DNA from: Paecilomyces variotii | Lineage: Eukaryota | Assembly (NCBI GenBank): GCA_004022145.1 | Contig: RCNU01000003.1 | Reading direction: 5' to 3' (one strand) | DNA length: 64,000 bases | Shown: piece by piece, positions 1 through 12,669 of the stretch | Layout of the letters: every line of letters starts with the position of its first letter | Position numbering within the stretch: the stretch's first letter is position 1 | The notes under the pieces: model-generated | What the model was told of the DNA's origin: nothing | Seen by the model: the letters and a program-made list of their open reading frames with translations, nothing else | Database searches by the model: none | Made by a program: the position numbers and the translations under genes

Positions 1-431
1 AGTTTGCCTGGAGTCGGTGATGGACGTGGTTGGGATGATGTTAGGTTGCCGGGTGAGAATGGTTATTACTCCTAACTTGAGCTTTTGTTTTTTCCTCTTG
101 GCGGGCATTAGGAGTAGTATGTATGTATGTATGTACATGCTGGCGAGGATGACTGTCGGGTAAGGCATGATGAGAAACGAAAACGAAACATCTGATGCAA
201 ATTGACGAATCATCGATGAGTACATACTTGCCATGGGCAGTGCGACTCGAATACACAACAGCATGAACGGTTACAATACATAGTATAAGCAATAGGCAAT
301 GGCAATCACTCACCCAAAACATGTTCCTTATTCATAACATAACACCAAGTATCAACTAAGTAAACAGATCGTATATTCTCATACCTATCTACTTATATAG
401 AACCGAAATAAAAAGAAAAGGGAGAACCGCA

Positions 432-2324
432 CTACAAAATCCGATCTATCCCCTTGACGAACCTCTTAAACCCACTCTTCTCATTCACCTCGACCGCCTC
501 ACCCATGCTTGCCCCCGAACCAATCTTCTCCTCATCACTCGGCACTGGCTCCACGCCTTCCACGGCCATCTCCCTCGCATCATATATCTCATCCGGCAGA
601 ACGGCGCGCTCAATCAGCATCGTCTCCACGGGGAAGAAATGCGACAAGGTGATATAAACAAGACTACTGGCCACGAACCCCAATAGCCATCCGAATTGAT
701 ACGGATGAATACCCACACCGACTTCGATACTCGAATTGACGGAATTGATCAGACCTGGTAAATTGGGTCCGACGCCAACGAGGAACGCTACCACGGCGCG
801 CCAGTTTACACCGTAGCGGCCATATTGGTATATACCTTGGGGCTGGTAGAGGGCCAAAGAGTCGTATTTTCTGCGTTTGATGATCCAATAATCCCACAAC
901 ATGATGGCAGCGATGGGGCCGAGGAAGATCGCATACGCGGACATGAAGTTGAGGAAGTTTCCGGCGGAGGCGAGGATTTTCCAGGGCACGAGACACCATG
1001 ATAAGATGGCGCAGAGAAGTTGGCCGCGGCGGATGTTGATGAAGCGCGGAGCGAGCGCGGTGAAGTCGTTTGCGGCGGAGAGGGAGTTCGCGGAGATATT
1101 GACTCCCAGAGAGGCGAGGGCGAAGGTGAAGGAGGCGAAGAAGCGACATGCGCGGTTGTCCCAGTAGCTGATCAGGACGGTGGGATCCCACGGGAGGGAG
1201 CCGCCGTAGCGTGCTTGGCCTGCGGAGGAGGTGGTGATGCCGATGAAGGCGATGAAGGTGAAGACGATAGGGAGCATAGGGACGTAGAGGATTTGCCATT
1301 TTACGCTGACGCGGGAGTAGCGCGAGAAGTCGGACTGTTTTCGGGGTTGGATTAGATATATTTCATTTTTTGATGCTGATTTGGAAGAAAGGGAGAGAGT
1401 AGCGGGGGAGGGACGATTGCATACCTGGTTGACACTGAGAGTGGCATAGTTGCCAATGACCGAAGTCAAGTTAGCCAGGAACAACCAGCTGTATGCGGAC
1501 GAGCCTGGTTTCAACGTTGGTTGCTGGTCATAGATCTTTCCACCACCCTCTGAGACAAAAGCCCAGATCAACATGGCGATCCAGCCGATAGGAACAAAGA
1601 TCGACTTTGCCATAAACAACCAGCGGAGCTTGTCCGGTCTCATGTACAGGAAAGGGATCTGTGCGAGCCAGAAGAGGAAGAAGCTGACCATCCCGTTCGT
1701 CGTGATGCCCTGGTTCTCGGGAATGGTGTTTTTGATTGTCAGAAAGCTGGGCCAGATGGCGCCGATCATGACTCGGACGGCATTTCCACCGTTGACATTT
1801 TGAATGGCGAACCTGGTCAAAGTTAGAGAAGGGGGGATTTAGCTCCCAGATGCTAATACTGACCAGAACACTGCCAGAATGACACGAGATATGATGGCGA
1901 TGTAGGACCCCCAGAACCCCCAGCTGGCGCGCGCCAGGACCGGAAAGGGGACGTGATAGATGGACCCAATGGCACCGTTACCGGATATGACGAAAGAAAT
2001 GATGAAAAATGCAACGGCCACAATGATGAGGGATTCGCGATAGGTCATGCCGACGGCCAGAATACTGCTGGCGAACTGCCATGTTGCGGTATTGAACGCG
2101 TCGGATATCCAGTATGCTGGGAGTCATGAAGTCAGCATTTCACCTCCATTGAAACGTATGTATTCGGAATATAAGATGATAGACGTACCGATAAAACTAG
2201 TGACTCCCCATTTTCGCATGTGACGAGGCACCGGGTCGAGATCGAGGTTCGTCCAGCGAGCATTGCCCTCAGCGAATGCTGATTTGGGCTGCGTGACGAA
2301 GAGACTGGGCCGTTTGAACTTCAT
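432..2324 (-). CDS. NCS1 (nucleobase:cation symporter-1) permease, Fur4/Dal4 allantoin/uracil-like
   Basis: ATG 2324 (MKFKRPSLF...WTNLDLDPVP). GT-AG introns at 2117-2188, 1813-1863 and 1335-1424 restore one frame. NCS1 motifs: AYWISD, FPVLARASWG, NQSDFSRY, N-SANSLSAANDF, INIRRG, VPWKIL, FLGPI. Confidence 0.92.
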
Positions 2325-2538
2325 TTCTGCGACGACACCGAAGTTCAATCAAGGGGAGTCTTTCTATTGCGTATAAAACAGGACCAGCCTGCAGACGGGA
2401 CGAGTAAATATCTACCGCTGCAACTGCCGGCAGAGAACACGACGCATCCGCCTCGAAAGTATTAAACACTACCGAATAGCTCCATTATAGCGGACAGACG
2501 GCCAGATTTCTCTACCGAAGTCGGGATGCACGTCCAAC

Positions 2539-2770
2539 AGATAGCGAGCAAGATAGAGCACAGCGACGGCTGATAAGCCACGAGGAGGACTGATAAGCGC
2601 TTCCCCGTGCGGAATAGACTAGACCCCCAACGCCCGACCCGGCTGATAATAACGACGATCGTCAGGGCCTTAATTGGCCGTCGGCTCTCATATGGCGTGG
2701 CGACTTCCTGCTGATGATAAGAGAAGGCCTGTGATATTAATTGATTCCACTGTTCCCCCGGGCGAGATAA
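2539..2770. promoter_or_regulatory. Cluster of seven HGATAR (AreA-type GATA) sites upstream of the NCS1 permease
   Basis: AGATAG 2539 and 2551, TGATAAG 2571, 2591 and 2715, TGATAA 2644, AGATAA 2765. All are on the + strand, 215-450 bp upstream of the ATG. Confidence 0.7.
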
Positions 2771-3370
2771 TACTTAGTAGACCCGCCCCCGGCCAGCGCC
2801 AAGTTTTGCGGAAATCATCCCCCAATACTGTAATGGCAAGTAGATCCAGAGGAAAGAATGGCTTGTTTGGCGCTTGACGCTTGCACGATTACGAGTTTTC
2901 GATTGTGATCATTCCGTGACTTTCGTAATAATGCTATCCGGGTATCTATAGTCTCGTAGCGTCACTCGCTAGCAAATATGGCTTAAATTTCCCTTGCCTA
3001 ACCCTCAGCCAAGTTAGCTGTACCGGATGGTCGGTGGCAATTAAACCAAGGTCCTCTGAATAGTGGCGTTCAGTCAAGCAGATACACAGATTGTGCCATT
3101 GATCGCAGTTTATACCCCGCCGTCGGCAGGCGGCTTCGAGACCTCACAAAAGACCTCCTGTACACCCGCCGAGGCTCAAGAGACTGCGAGTGGGACCTTC
3201 TGGTAAAGGGTCATAGTTCTTGGGATGCCAGGTTCAGACGAATTTGCGATTCAGTGACGCACAGGCCAAACGTGGCCAATTGCTTGTGCGCAACGTAGTT
3301 ATTGGTGCTGCTATGTTGATTGGCGTCGTGGCTGGACAGACGTTTGTGAAGAATTGACAAAAGAGGCGCA

Positions 3371-4598
3371 TCACGACTCCGACGCAGCAGATTTTGCTTC
3401 CTTCAGCACCTTGGCCACTGCAGCAGACGCTCGTCCGGCCTCTCCCCCTTCCTTGCGCGCATTCTCCACACCCCGCTCGATCGCTCTTCTGAACTTCTCT
3501 GAAAAGACTCGATAGCGGTCTTCGCGGGTCTCGTACATTTCTCCTTCTTCATCTCGCGGCTGTCCGAACAGGTTCAAGTAAGCGTACGGAGTGGACTTGG
3601 CAGGAATCATATGCTGCGCCGTGTCGCACAGCGGGAATTCCCAGCCGCCAGTCACAGGGAATGCAAGATTCTCCTCCCCATCAGCTGTTGAGTCCACCAT
3701 GTCTACATCGTCTTCACCTGGCTGACATAACCCGGCGCGCAAGAATTCCGCTAACACCTGCAGAACCTTGACCATGGGTTTCCCTTCACTGCCAGCCTTG
3801 CCGAACGTGCCTCTATTGGCTGACCATTTAGAAGATTCATCCGTATGCCATCCGAGCAGTGAGAGGAAGCAATTAATCGTCCGAATCCAGCCTCCTGCAG
3901 ACGAGACCACCTCCGGCCCCGCCACTTCCACCAGCCATGACAGGATCTCCACGGCAGACAGACGAATATCCGCTGCCAGATGTGTCATACCCGCGCGGAT
4001 ATAAGGCAGTAATTGTGCCACATGGTCCTCAATTTCGGCTTCAGGCAGCGAGCGGAGAAATTTAAGAAGCTGCGTCCGGACACCGTTGCTTGCGTCCAGA
4101 ATAAGTGGAAGCATAGTCGGCAGCATCACACTCACCGGTTGCGGGAGAGGAGAGTCCACGGGCCGTGAGGACACGGAGGTGGTCAGATATGCCAGAGACT
4201 CTCGACGCTGGGAGTCTGATTTCGATGACAGTAGTGAGAGATGGTGAGAGAACTGCGACGAAGATGACGGAGCAGAAGTGGTTAGAGACTGCTGGTTTAG
4301 GACGATAGCTGTTTAAATTAGAATCATGTCACAAACAAACTCGAATAATCTCAAACTTAGTAGATTAAAGGAGGAGAAGAAGAAGAAAAGAAGAGAAAAC
4401 GCACCTTTCGATCTAAAACTCGTATCTGTAAAATTATCAGCCTTCGGCCTTGCCTTCCCGACCTTCAGCTTCGTTTTCTGCAAGCAGTCAGTTCTATCCT
4501 CCAAGACCAATTTCTGAATGATACGTATACTCAAGTAGTTAGGAACATACCTGGAAATCCTTCTTCTTCTCATTCTTCTTTTTCTGACTGGAACCCAT
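3371..4598 (-). CDS. IPI1: Pre-rRNA-processing protein Ipi1 (Rix1 complex)
   Basis: Exon 1 MGSSQKKKNEKKKDFQ, then KTKLKVGKARPKADNFTDTSFRSK-AIVLNQQSL, the characteristic Ipi1 N-terminus. Introns ~4478-4550 and 4309-4404. Continues into ORF 3371..4174 (LPLILD..VR.QLL, AMTHL..DIR-type motifs). Confidence 0.9.
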
Positions 4599-4970
4599 CT
4601 TTCTGATTCGTCCTTAGGTGGACGCTTGGCTCAAATTCCCGACAAAGGACAGTAGAAGGGATGGAATTGATTATACACAATCCGCAGGATAAAATTCACA
4701 CCAGGAGAGAACGAAAGGCCACTTTGGAGAACGAAATTTCGCTCCTCGGATTTTATGCGTCAGAGCTGGAGGTGAAATTCGGACGTCAGGATTTGGCAGC
4801 GTAACAATTGGCCCGGTGCCGGAGAAAAGGAACAGATAGCCACAGATAGTGGTCTTCCGTAAGCTATTCAGCACTTGATGATGTAGCGAAGCTCTGATTT
4901 CCAGAGAAATTGTTTCCAAGTCTGGACGCGATATAAATTTACCGGGGAACTTTTTGCGATATCATATCTC

Positions 4971-4993
4971 CACGTGACGTCTACAGTCACGTG
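4971..4993. promoter_or_regulatory. Inverted pair of GTCACGTG E-boxes (Cbf1/bHLH-type) upstream of IPI1
   Basis: CACGTGAC-N7-GTCACGTG perfect inverted repeat, about 370 bp upstream of the IPI1 ATG. Confidence 0.5.
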
Positions 4994-5122
4994 GTATATC
5001 TATGTTCGCCTCAGGCAGGAATGTTTCTACTCCACGACTACTGAGGATAGGACTACTCGCTGTTGATAATATATCGATATGCTATATTTTTGCTACTATC
5101 GGCTCGATCCTCCCAGGATATT

Positions 5123-6736
5123 TCAATTCGGCAGGATGACTTCCTCCAAGACCTTAACCAGGCCTTTCACTTCTTCCTCTGTAGAGACGGTCAGTATGTA
5201 TGAAATCATCTAGCATAAAGAGCGGCACTTACCAGTATTGTAATGCATCATGCTGACTCTGACAACGCCATCCTCCACATCTTCCAGATGCATGATCTCC
5301 TGCAGCAGTCGATGGCTGTACATATGCCCGTTGCGGAACCCGAAGTTCGACCTCTTCTCCACTTCGTCTACCACCGTCTTACTTTTCATTCCCTTCACCG
5401 TAAATGAGACAACGGGGACTCGTAGATCCTTGTTTGCAGACGGCTCTCCGTAGATGGTAATGCGCGGGTTGCTTCGAAGGTATGAGAGAAGAATCTCTTG
5501 CAGCTGTTCTTCGTATGCAGCAATCTGTCCCCACTTTGTCTTTATATCTGAGCCAAAGTACTCAACCACGCAGGGAAGGCTTTGGGTCAATTCGTAGTTC
5601 GCGGATGCAAGGTTCAGCATTATATCCAGGGTCACGGGGTCCTTGAAGTAATGGCACAGAGGCGTGATCTCGGAGTGCACACGGGAGGAGGCGTATAGTT
5701 GGGAGATGTGTGGGCCGAGGACTTTGTACCAGGAGAAGGTCTGCGGAGTGGTCAGCAAAAGTGTTTTTTCTTCTTGCCTCAAGCGGTTGCATACATAGAA
5801 GTCTGCGTCTAATTCTTTTACATCTATGTGTCGGTGAGGTGCGAAAGCGACTCCATCAACGCAAAGTAGTGCCTGTCAGTATCAAGGCCGTTAGCGCTCT
5901 GCACTCTGGATGGAAATAGTCCAAATTCATTTGACATACCCTCGGAAATTGATGCACTGCGGCTGCAATCTCCTTGACGTTCGTTATCGTCCCGGTGATA
6001 TTAGACACATGTGGGCACGCCACCAGCCTTGTCTTCTCAGACAGCAGACTCTTCAGCTCCTCAAGGTCGCAGACAGGATTCTTCACATCTGTCGCGGACC
6101 ACCATTTGATCGTCAGGCCGAGTCTCTTGGCGATCCGAACCCAGGGAGAGATGTTGGCTTCGTGGTTGACTTTTGAGAGAATCAGTTCGTCACCGGGTTC
6201 GAAGTTGAGCGCAGTAGAGAGATTGTGGAGGAGTTGGGTAGTGGATATGCCGATGGATATCTGAGATGATTTAGTGCATGAATCGACATTGACCTCATCA
6301 CCAGCACAGTACATGGTACAGATGCAAAAGAATCGACGGTACATACCTCATTTGGACCTGCGTTGATGAACTTAGCCGCCGGTACAAACGCATTATTATA
6401 GGCAGTCGTGCATGCCTTGGCCACGTTGTATGTTGCACCGATTTGGACGTTTGTTCGCGACAAGTACGTCTGGATCCTAAGGATGGAAATCAGGGCTATT
6501 TCTACGCAAAAAGAAGCTCAATCAAGACTCACGATTCGATCACCGTATCTAGAACGTGGCTACCTCCTAATACCCATTACCTCAGATTAGTGATTCTTGA
6601 ATCTCATCGGAAAAACACAAAAAAAAAAAACCCGCAACTGTGACATTCATCTACCTGCGTTATCCATAAAAACCTGGTCCTGTTTCAAGGCAGGGAAGCG
6701 CGATCGCACCTGGGCCACGTCGAACGTTGAAGCCAT
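5123..6736 (-). CDS. Aminotransferase class-V PLP enzyme (cysteine desulfurase/selenocysteine lyase-like, VC1184-type subfamily)
   Basis: Multi-exon. MASTFDVAQVRSRFPAL..FMDNAGGSHV, NHEANISPW, HVSNITG, CVDGVAFAPH, PLP-lysine motif DFY-TFSWYKVLGPH, C-terminal VRVSMMHYNT.EEV. Stop TGA at 5123-5125. Confidence 0.85.
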
Positions 6737-7704
6737 TGTAATAATCGGAGTCACTTCACGAATTGGGCCAAGTTACGCAACCAAGTCACAGAAAGGACAG
6801 CAATGAGACGGGTATCTTCAGATTATAATCTCTTTGATGTCCATATTGCTTATCGGAGGCGTCAGCTGGAGCTAACCCCTCCTGTCGGAGCAGTTATGCT
6901 GACAACATCGGTAGGCGAGGGGTAAATAGTTGGCCGATATTGACTAGATCCTATCAGCGATTCTAGTAGGAGTTGCCCGATGAGCTAGTCTACAAATCGG
7001 TTGCACCAGCTGTTATTTCTGGAACAGAAGGTTTTTACATCGGAAAAGGCAATTATATTATATGGCGTTCAATTATTCGTCTCCGTGGTACTGCCAGTCG
7101 GATATGTTCCTCTTGAGATTGACGTTGAATGGCTGTGAAGCATATTTTAATCCTACGGCTGATTGTCCGTTGGATGTGCACCTTATATAAATCTCAGCGG
7201 TATCTCTTCATACGCACAAGACTTTTATCTGCTATAGATTTCAAGGCATCCAAGTAGCGCAGGAGTAGTTCATGGTGGTGCGTCGAAGAGATCTGCAGTG
7301 ATGGCCGCGAGAGTTAATTCCTAAATTTGCGTTCCTGCTCAGTTGACTTCGGAAAAGTCTTGTTCACTAATTGTCCTGTCCCTGTATATATGCTATTTTA
7401 CTCGCAGTCATGTGCATATTTAGTAATAGCAGCATGACCGTTGTCAGTCATCTCGCAGGTATCCAGATGCAATGTCAAAAACTTTGTGATATAAAGTGCT
7501 TTCCAACGATATCAGAGTACAATGGCCATGAACATGGGAAGATATAGGGAAATATCGTAACTACTTCTAGTCGACTACAACCGGGTATATGACAGTAAAC
7601 ACGCCAAGCCAACACAGATCGCTCCAGACCAACCAAAGGCGCAGAAACCACTTGACTGAGAAAATTGGAATATGACTCCTAAATCGATGCCTCGACAACT
7701 TCGT

Positions 7705-8417
7705 TCACCTGGATGCTCCTCCACCCCCTGGTGCTCCCGCTGACCCAGCAGCCCCGGATGCGCCGTGAACAACGCAGAGTAAATACTTCCGGTCGGGCAC
7801 CACGACAATCTCATGTTTCTTCGTCCTCAGCCGCAAGAGCTTGACTTCATCTTCGTCCTCCTTGTGGCTCTCTCCTTCTGCATCGTCATCCCGGGAACCG
7901 ATTCCGTTGGCCGAAGTCTCATCATAAGCGTTCGTAGCTAGCGACCTCGAGCCGTATCCGTTCTCTGTCCCAGTGGCCGAGGCAGGGTGTGATAGAGACG
8001 TGCTTAAAGCGGACGCACTTGTGACAAAGGCGTGGATATGTGCCGCCAGGGCTTCTGCATGGCTAGGCTTGTATGGAGGGGTCTGGTTCGTAGCAGTAGA
8101 GCTTATAGCATCTGTCGACGGGGTAGGTTCGGAGGATGATGAGCTGGGCGGTGCAGAAGTCTCTACGACATTCCCGCGGGAGCCTGGAGCTGTCTGGTTG
8201 GAACTGGCTGCTAGCAGTCCAGTGCACTGGATTATCGACCCATCTTTGCGGGATAGAATCAGCGTAGACTGGACGCCGGGCCGGGAGGTGAGGTGAGTGA
8301 GCAATGCGGATACATGCTGAGGAACGGGCTGTTGCTAGGCCATAATGTGTCAACTTCTCGTCCGTTGAACCCATCCATAGGCATTACCAGATTGCTTACC
8401 GTAGGGCTCTGCGCCAT
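7705..8417 (-). CDS. Roadblock/LC7 (LAMTOR2-like) domain protein with long low-complexity insertions
   Basis: ATG 8417 (MAQSPT), GTAAGC intron, then LLTHLTSRPGVQSTLILSRKDGSII ... DEVKLLRLRTKKHEIVVVPDRKYLLCVVH, the typical Roadblock signature. Confidence 0.8.
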
Positions 8418-8967
8418 TGTTCCGCGGAACTTCCCAAGAGAGTACACGCAAATCGTCAAATGCGGGGTGGACTTGAGGAGCAAACAGGAGGCCCGACGAT
8501 CTTACTGATACCGCGCGCAGCTCAAGATAAATAGCCGCTAGTAGCTTTCGGTATCAGTGGACTTATAAGTTAGTCAATGGCGCACTCTGAACTTGGAGCG
8601 AAAGGACGATCTCGTCCTCGATGTCAACAACATCCAACAATGAGTTGCCCGTCAAGCTGGCCGGATGACTCAGCAGGAACCACATGCAACGGAAACATCG
8701 GCAATAAACAAGTGGGATTCTCCTTTATACTTGTTTTTTTCCCTTCTTTTTTCCTTCCGCCCCTCGTTATCTTTTGATTCCCTTCTTATGCCTAATTGTA
8801 CATATTTTTCTGTATTTCCTACTGTTTTTCCTTGTCTCTAGATATCCCAATCACCAAAACAGCTCCAGTACTACAGCACATAGACGTCTCGCAGCACGAA
8901 AAGACTCCTGATAAGAGTCCTTGTTTGCATTCTGTTTTAATTATCCATACTCTTGAATTGAAGCAAC

Positions 8968-10072
8968 ATGTTCGACCTATTCATAAGATTTCGCGTCACA
9001 CGGCCTGCTCGCCCAGTCACAAAGTCGAGCACTAATTCCCTAAAGAATACCGTCGACGGGGAGCCTGTAGAACAGGCCCCGAGCAAAAATACCTTACTCA
9101 AGATAGATGAAGTCCCCAAGTGGTACGACGTGAATCCGTTTATCATTTCTGGCTATCGCAATGAGAGCAACTCCTTCCTTGGCTCTCTGGCGAGCTGGAC
9201 ATATCTGCACAACGAAACGTGCAACATCTATTCTCATTTGATCCCGGCGGTGGTTTCGGTCTTCGCTCAAAGCTTCATGTACGAACATGTCCGGACGCGG
9301 TACCCTAATCTCACCAGCTTCGATTGGTCGGTGCTCTCGCTCCAATTGCTGACGGCGACGGTCTGCTTGGCTGTGTCGACGCTGTACCACACGCTCCTGA
9401 ACCATTCGCCCAGTGTATCTCACCGCTGGCTGCATTTCGACTACTTGGGTATCATGACTCTGATCCTGGGCAACTTTATCAGTGGTCTGCATTTCGGGTT
9501 CTATTGTGATCCGACTCTGAAATATACCTACTGGAGCCTTGTTAGTCACGGGTTAAACCAGGTTGTTACTCGAATAACGCCAGCTGACTAGTTGTGCTCC
9601 TCGCATTTAGATATTTACCCTGGCATCCGCTACCACCGCACTGTTAGTCAGTCCCTGGTTCCGGGACCCAAGCTGGAGAACGTTCCGCCTTATGAGTTTC
9701 ATCTGCACGGGATTGTCAGCTTTCGCCCCTATCGGCCACGGCACTCTCATCTGGGGACCGGAGTTCCTTTCAAACATCGGCGTGCCTTATTATCTACTCG
9801 AAGGTCTCCTCTTGATTATCGGTTGTTTCTTCTGGGAGGTACGTATTTCAACTAGCTGTAGCAGAATGTTCCTGTTAGACGCTAACCTTATCTGCCGTGT
9901 CAAGAGGAGAGCGCCAGAGAGATACTTTCCCGGGAAGTTTGATATCTGGGGCCACTCCCATACGATATGGCACATTTTCGTTACTCTGTCCATCGGAGCG
10001 CATATCATGGGCCTCATGAGCGCCTTGGAGTATGCCTATATGCGATCTTCGTGCCGTGTCGCCCTCTCGTAG
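8968..10072 (+). CDS. PAQR / haemolysin-III (Izh-like) membrane protein
   Basis: Exons 8968-9540, 9611-9838 and 9905-10072. Motifs: NPFIISGYR, HNETCNIYSH, STLYH..H, DYLGI, PERYFPGKFDIWGHSHTIWH. Confidence 0.92.
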
Positions 10073-10432
10073 ACTCAAGATACACAAAAGGTGACGTGCA
10101 GTATACTAGTGAGGATGATGATCAGACGAAGCTAGTGTTATAGTATGATAATAATTGCAATCCCGTTGCCATCTGACAAGAACTGCGTACATTAAGTAGT
10201 TGGCTACCAGTAGTCTAAGTCCTACATAGTATCAAATCACATTCTAATTCCCTAGACTAACCTTTTCTTTCTCTATAGCCAACCTACCCCTCTCCTTCAG
10301 GATAGGATATACAATCTGAAACCTATCCTATCCAGATCGAAAGAAAAAAAAAAGCCTTGATCCCATCAACAGCCCAACAATAATGCCACTTGGATCAAAA
10401 ATATTCCGATCTCGTATATATCACCGCTTCAC

Positions 10433-10497
10433 TCAGCTCCTAGATCCTAAACCGTATCCCAACCCCCCTTCGTTAGTTACTCTCCATCGAAAAAAAG

Positions 10498-10529
<32 letters not shown>

Positions 10530-11113
10530 AGAGAGAGAGAGAGAGAGAGAGACAGAGAACCCACCTCTCCCACCCCCCAAAGCCTTCGAAACCGTCTCCT
10601 GCACCGACTGCAACACCGAAGTATTCCCCCCTTCCTGCTGCCCCTCCTCATTCTGTTGCTGCACATTCGCACCGGACGGAACGTCCGATAAACGACGAGT
10701 CGTGGCCTTATTATCGCCCGGTTGGAACGCTTCTGCGATTTTCTCTCTCATGCTGCTGGCGGATTGGCGCGCTTTATTGTACGGTGAGTAGGTGTCGTCG
10801 TCGTTGTGGATCGTGGGTGTTATGGGATCTGTTGCTTCTGTTGTTTGTTTGTTTTTTATTAGTGGATGGGTTGGGTTGGGTTGAGGATGGGAAGATATGG
10901 AGGGAGGAATGGGGGTGTGTATATACATACGTTGAGCAATGTCTGAGTCGCCTCTCTGGGTATCCCAAAGTGGTGTTAGTATTATAGTTCAAGATTTCGT
11001 TGTTATCTTGCTCTCCCAATCCTGAATCCCATATTGATCGATGAAACTTGAAGAAATAGCACAATACATAATAAAATAAATATAGAGATCCAACTCACCG
11101 GCATTCCAGCCAT
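10433..11113 (-). CDS. Small hydrophilic 108-aa hypothetical protein (4 exons)
   Basis: Exons 11113-11099 (MAGMP), 10955-10931, 10837-10565 and 10446-10433 sum to 327 nt in frame. Donors are GTGAGT, GTATGT and GTGGGT, with CTAAC/CTAAT branch sites and YAG acceptors. Confidence 0.7.
10490..10552. repeat. Poly-A tract followed by (GA)n microsatellite, inside intron 3 of the small gene
   Basis: About 30-nt A run, then gagagaga... read directly from the sequence. Confidence 0.9.
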
Positions 11114-12669
11114 GATGGATATTATCAGAGATAAAAATATAATATCTTATGTCCTTGTATCTATCTTCTCTTCTCAAGTAAACACACCAAAAACTCGTGT
11201 CTTGCTTGTCTTGGTGTTGATTCGGAATTTCTGAACACGATATTGGATCTCAGATGGATCAAGTCAGTCAGTCAGTCAAGTCAGGTCTAAATTGAAATAA
11301 TCACGGCAATACCGCCTCCCTCCTTTTTCGCCTTTGCCTTCCGGTGGTGGTGTGCATGATGTCATGGGAAATTATACAATGGGGACGTCACGGTATGTTT
11401 AAATAACTAGACTTTGGGGGAGAGGAGGGTAGGGAACGGGTAGAGGAGGAGAAGGGTGTTGGTTATTGGAGATAGAGGTTATCATCAAGAGAGAATGCTA
11501 TTACGGTGTTTAGGGTTGGGTGTCGATCATACGGCAGGCCAGGGTCTAAACATATGTCGAATAATAATGGCACGGAAGCATAGTCTGATTTGAACCTGCT
11601 GTAAACGGATGGCTGAGAGATAACCTAGACGTACGATTTATGCGCTGACAGTATATACATGGATCGTTGGTAGATGTGGGGTGCTGTGGCTCATGACTAG
11701 ATATCAGCGTATATGTAGCAGACTACTATTGTCGATCGTCAAGGACCTACTCAATGTAATACTCATCTGCACCACTCACTGCTGAGAACCTTAGAGCTGG
11801 AAATTACAATACCAGAAGTGACTCTTAAATCATAGATTAAAGCAATAACATATATTCCAGATCGGATAGCGAGCAATCTACCCTGCCACGGCAAGTCTCA
11901 CGCTCCACTTCTTGAAAACTACCAGTATCCATCGGCCACAAGAAGCGGATAATTGACATACGCGCGAAAATCCGACCAAACATAAACCAGCACAGATAAA
12001 AAACAATAAAAAGACGAGATGCGCACTTCTGCCCGGTCCCCAGCCCACAATAACCACGTGTATTAGCGAAAGGAAAAACAAAAACAGAAATGAAAACAAA
12101 ACTGAAAATTGGGCTGAGTAACCGGAACAGACGCGGTTGTATCAATCAAAAAGCACTCAAATCAGACACAGAAAACCAAACCAAACAAGGCGTTCATCAT
12201 ATTCACCCATGACCGCACAATAGACGGTCAAGGCTTGATCGGAGAGGGGCAAAGTCGGAAGACAATCGACGACATACAGCCGCGGTCCATCATAAGTACG
12301 TGAGCATGAGGTAAGAGGTAATAGAGAAAACCCAGCGAGGAAATCAACCCAGAGCAGTAAGACCCATTTCCCACAGGACATAACAATTCGTGTCAGGCGT
12401 CGTAAGATCCGGTCCCAATAGCGAAAGGAAAAGAACAAAAAAAATTAACGAACCGAGATCAAATCCGTATCGTACTCCTCCCGGCTGCGGTGTCCCGCAA
12501 CCGAACGTAAACGCACGAAACCCGAAGCCAGGATCAAATCTATAGTAGAGCGCTGTCGCTTCCAACGCTTCCATGCCGATCACCACGGACACACAAATAT
12601 GCATCACCCACTCTAATAATCTCTGTCTGTGTCATCGCGGACCTTCCCATGATACACCGCGCTCATGAA

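Noticed and set aside
5123-6736. Calling the PLP enzyme egt2 or nfs1
   Set aside because: It lacks the Nfs1/IscS SSGSACTS motif and a mitochondrial leader, and its motifs fit the VC1184-type subfamily better than Egt2.
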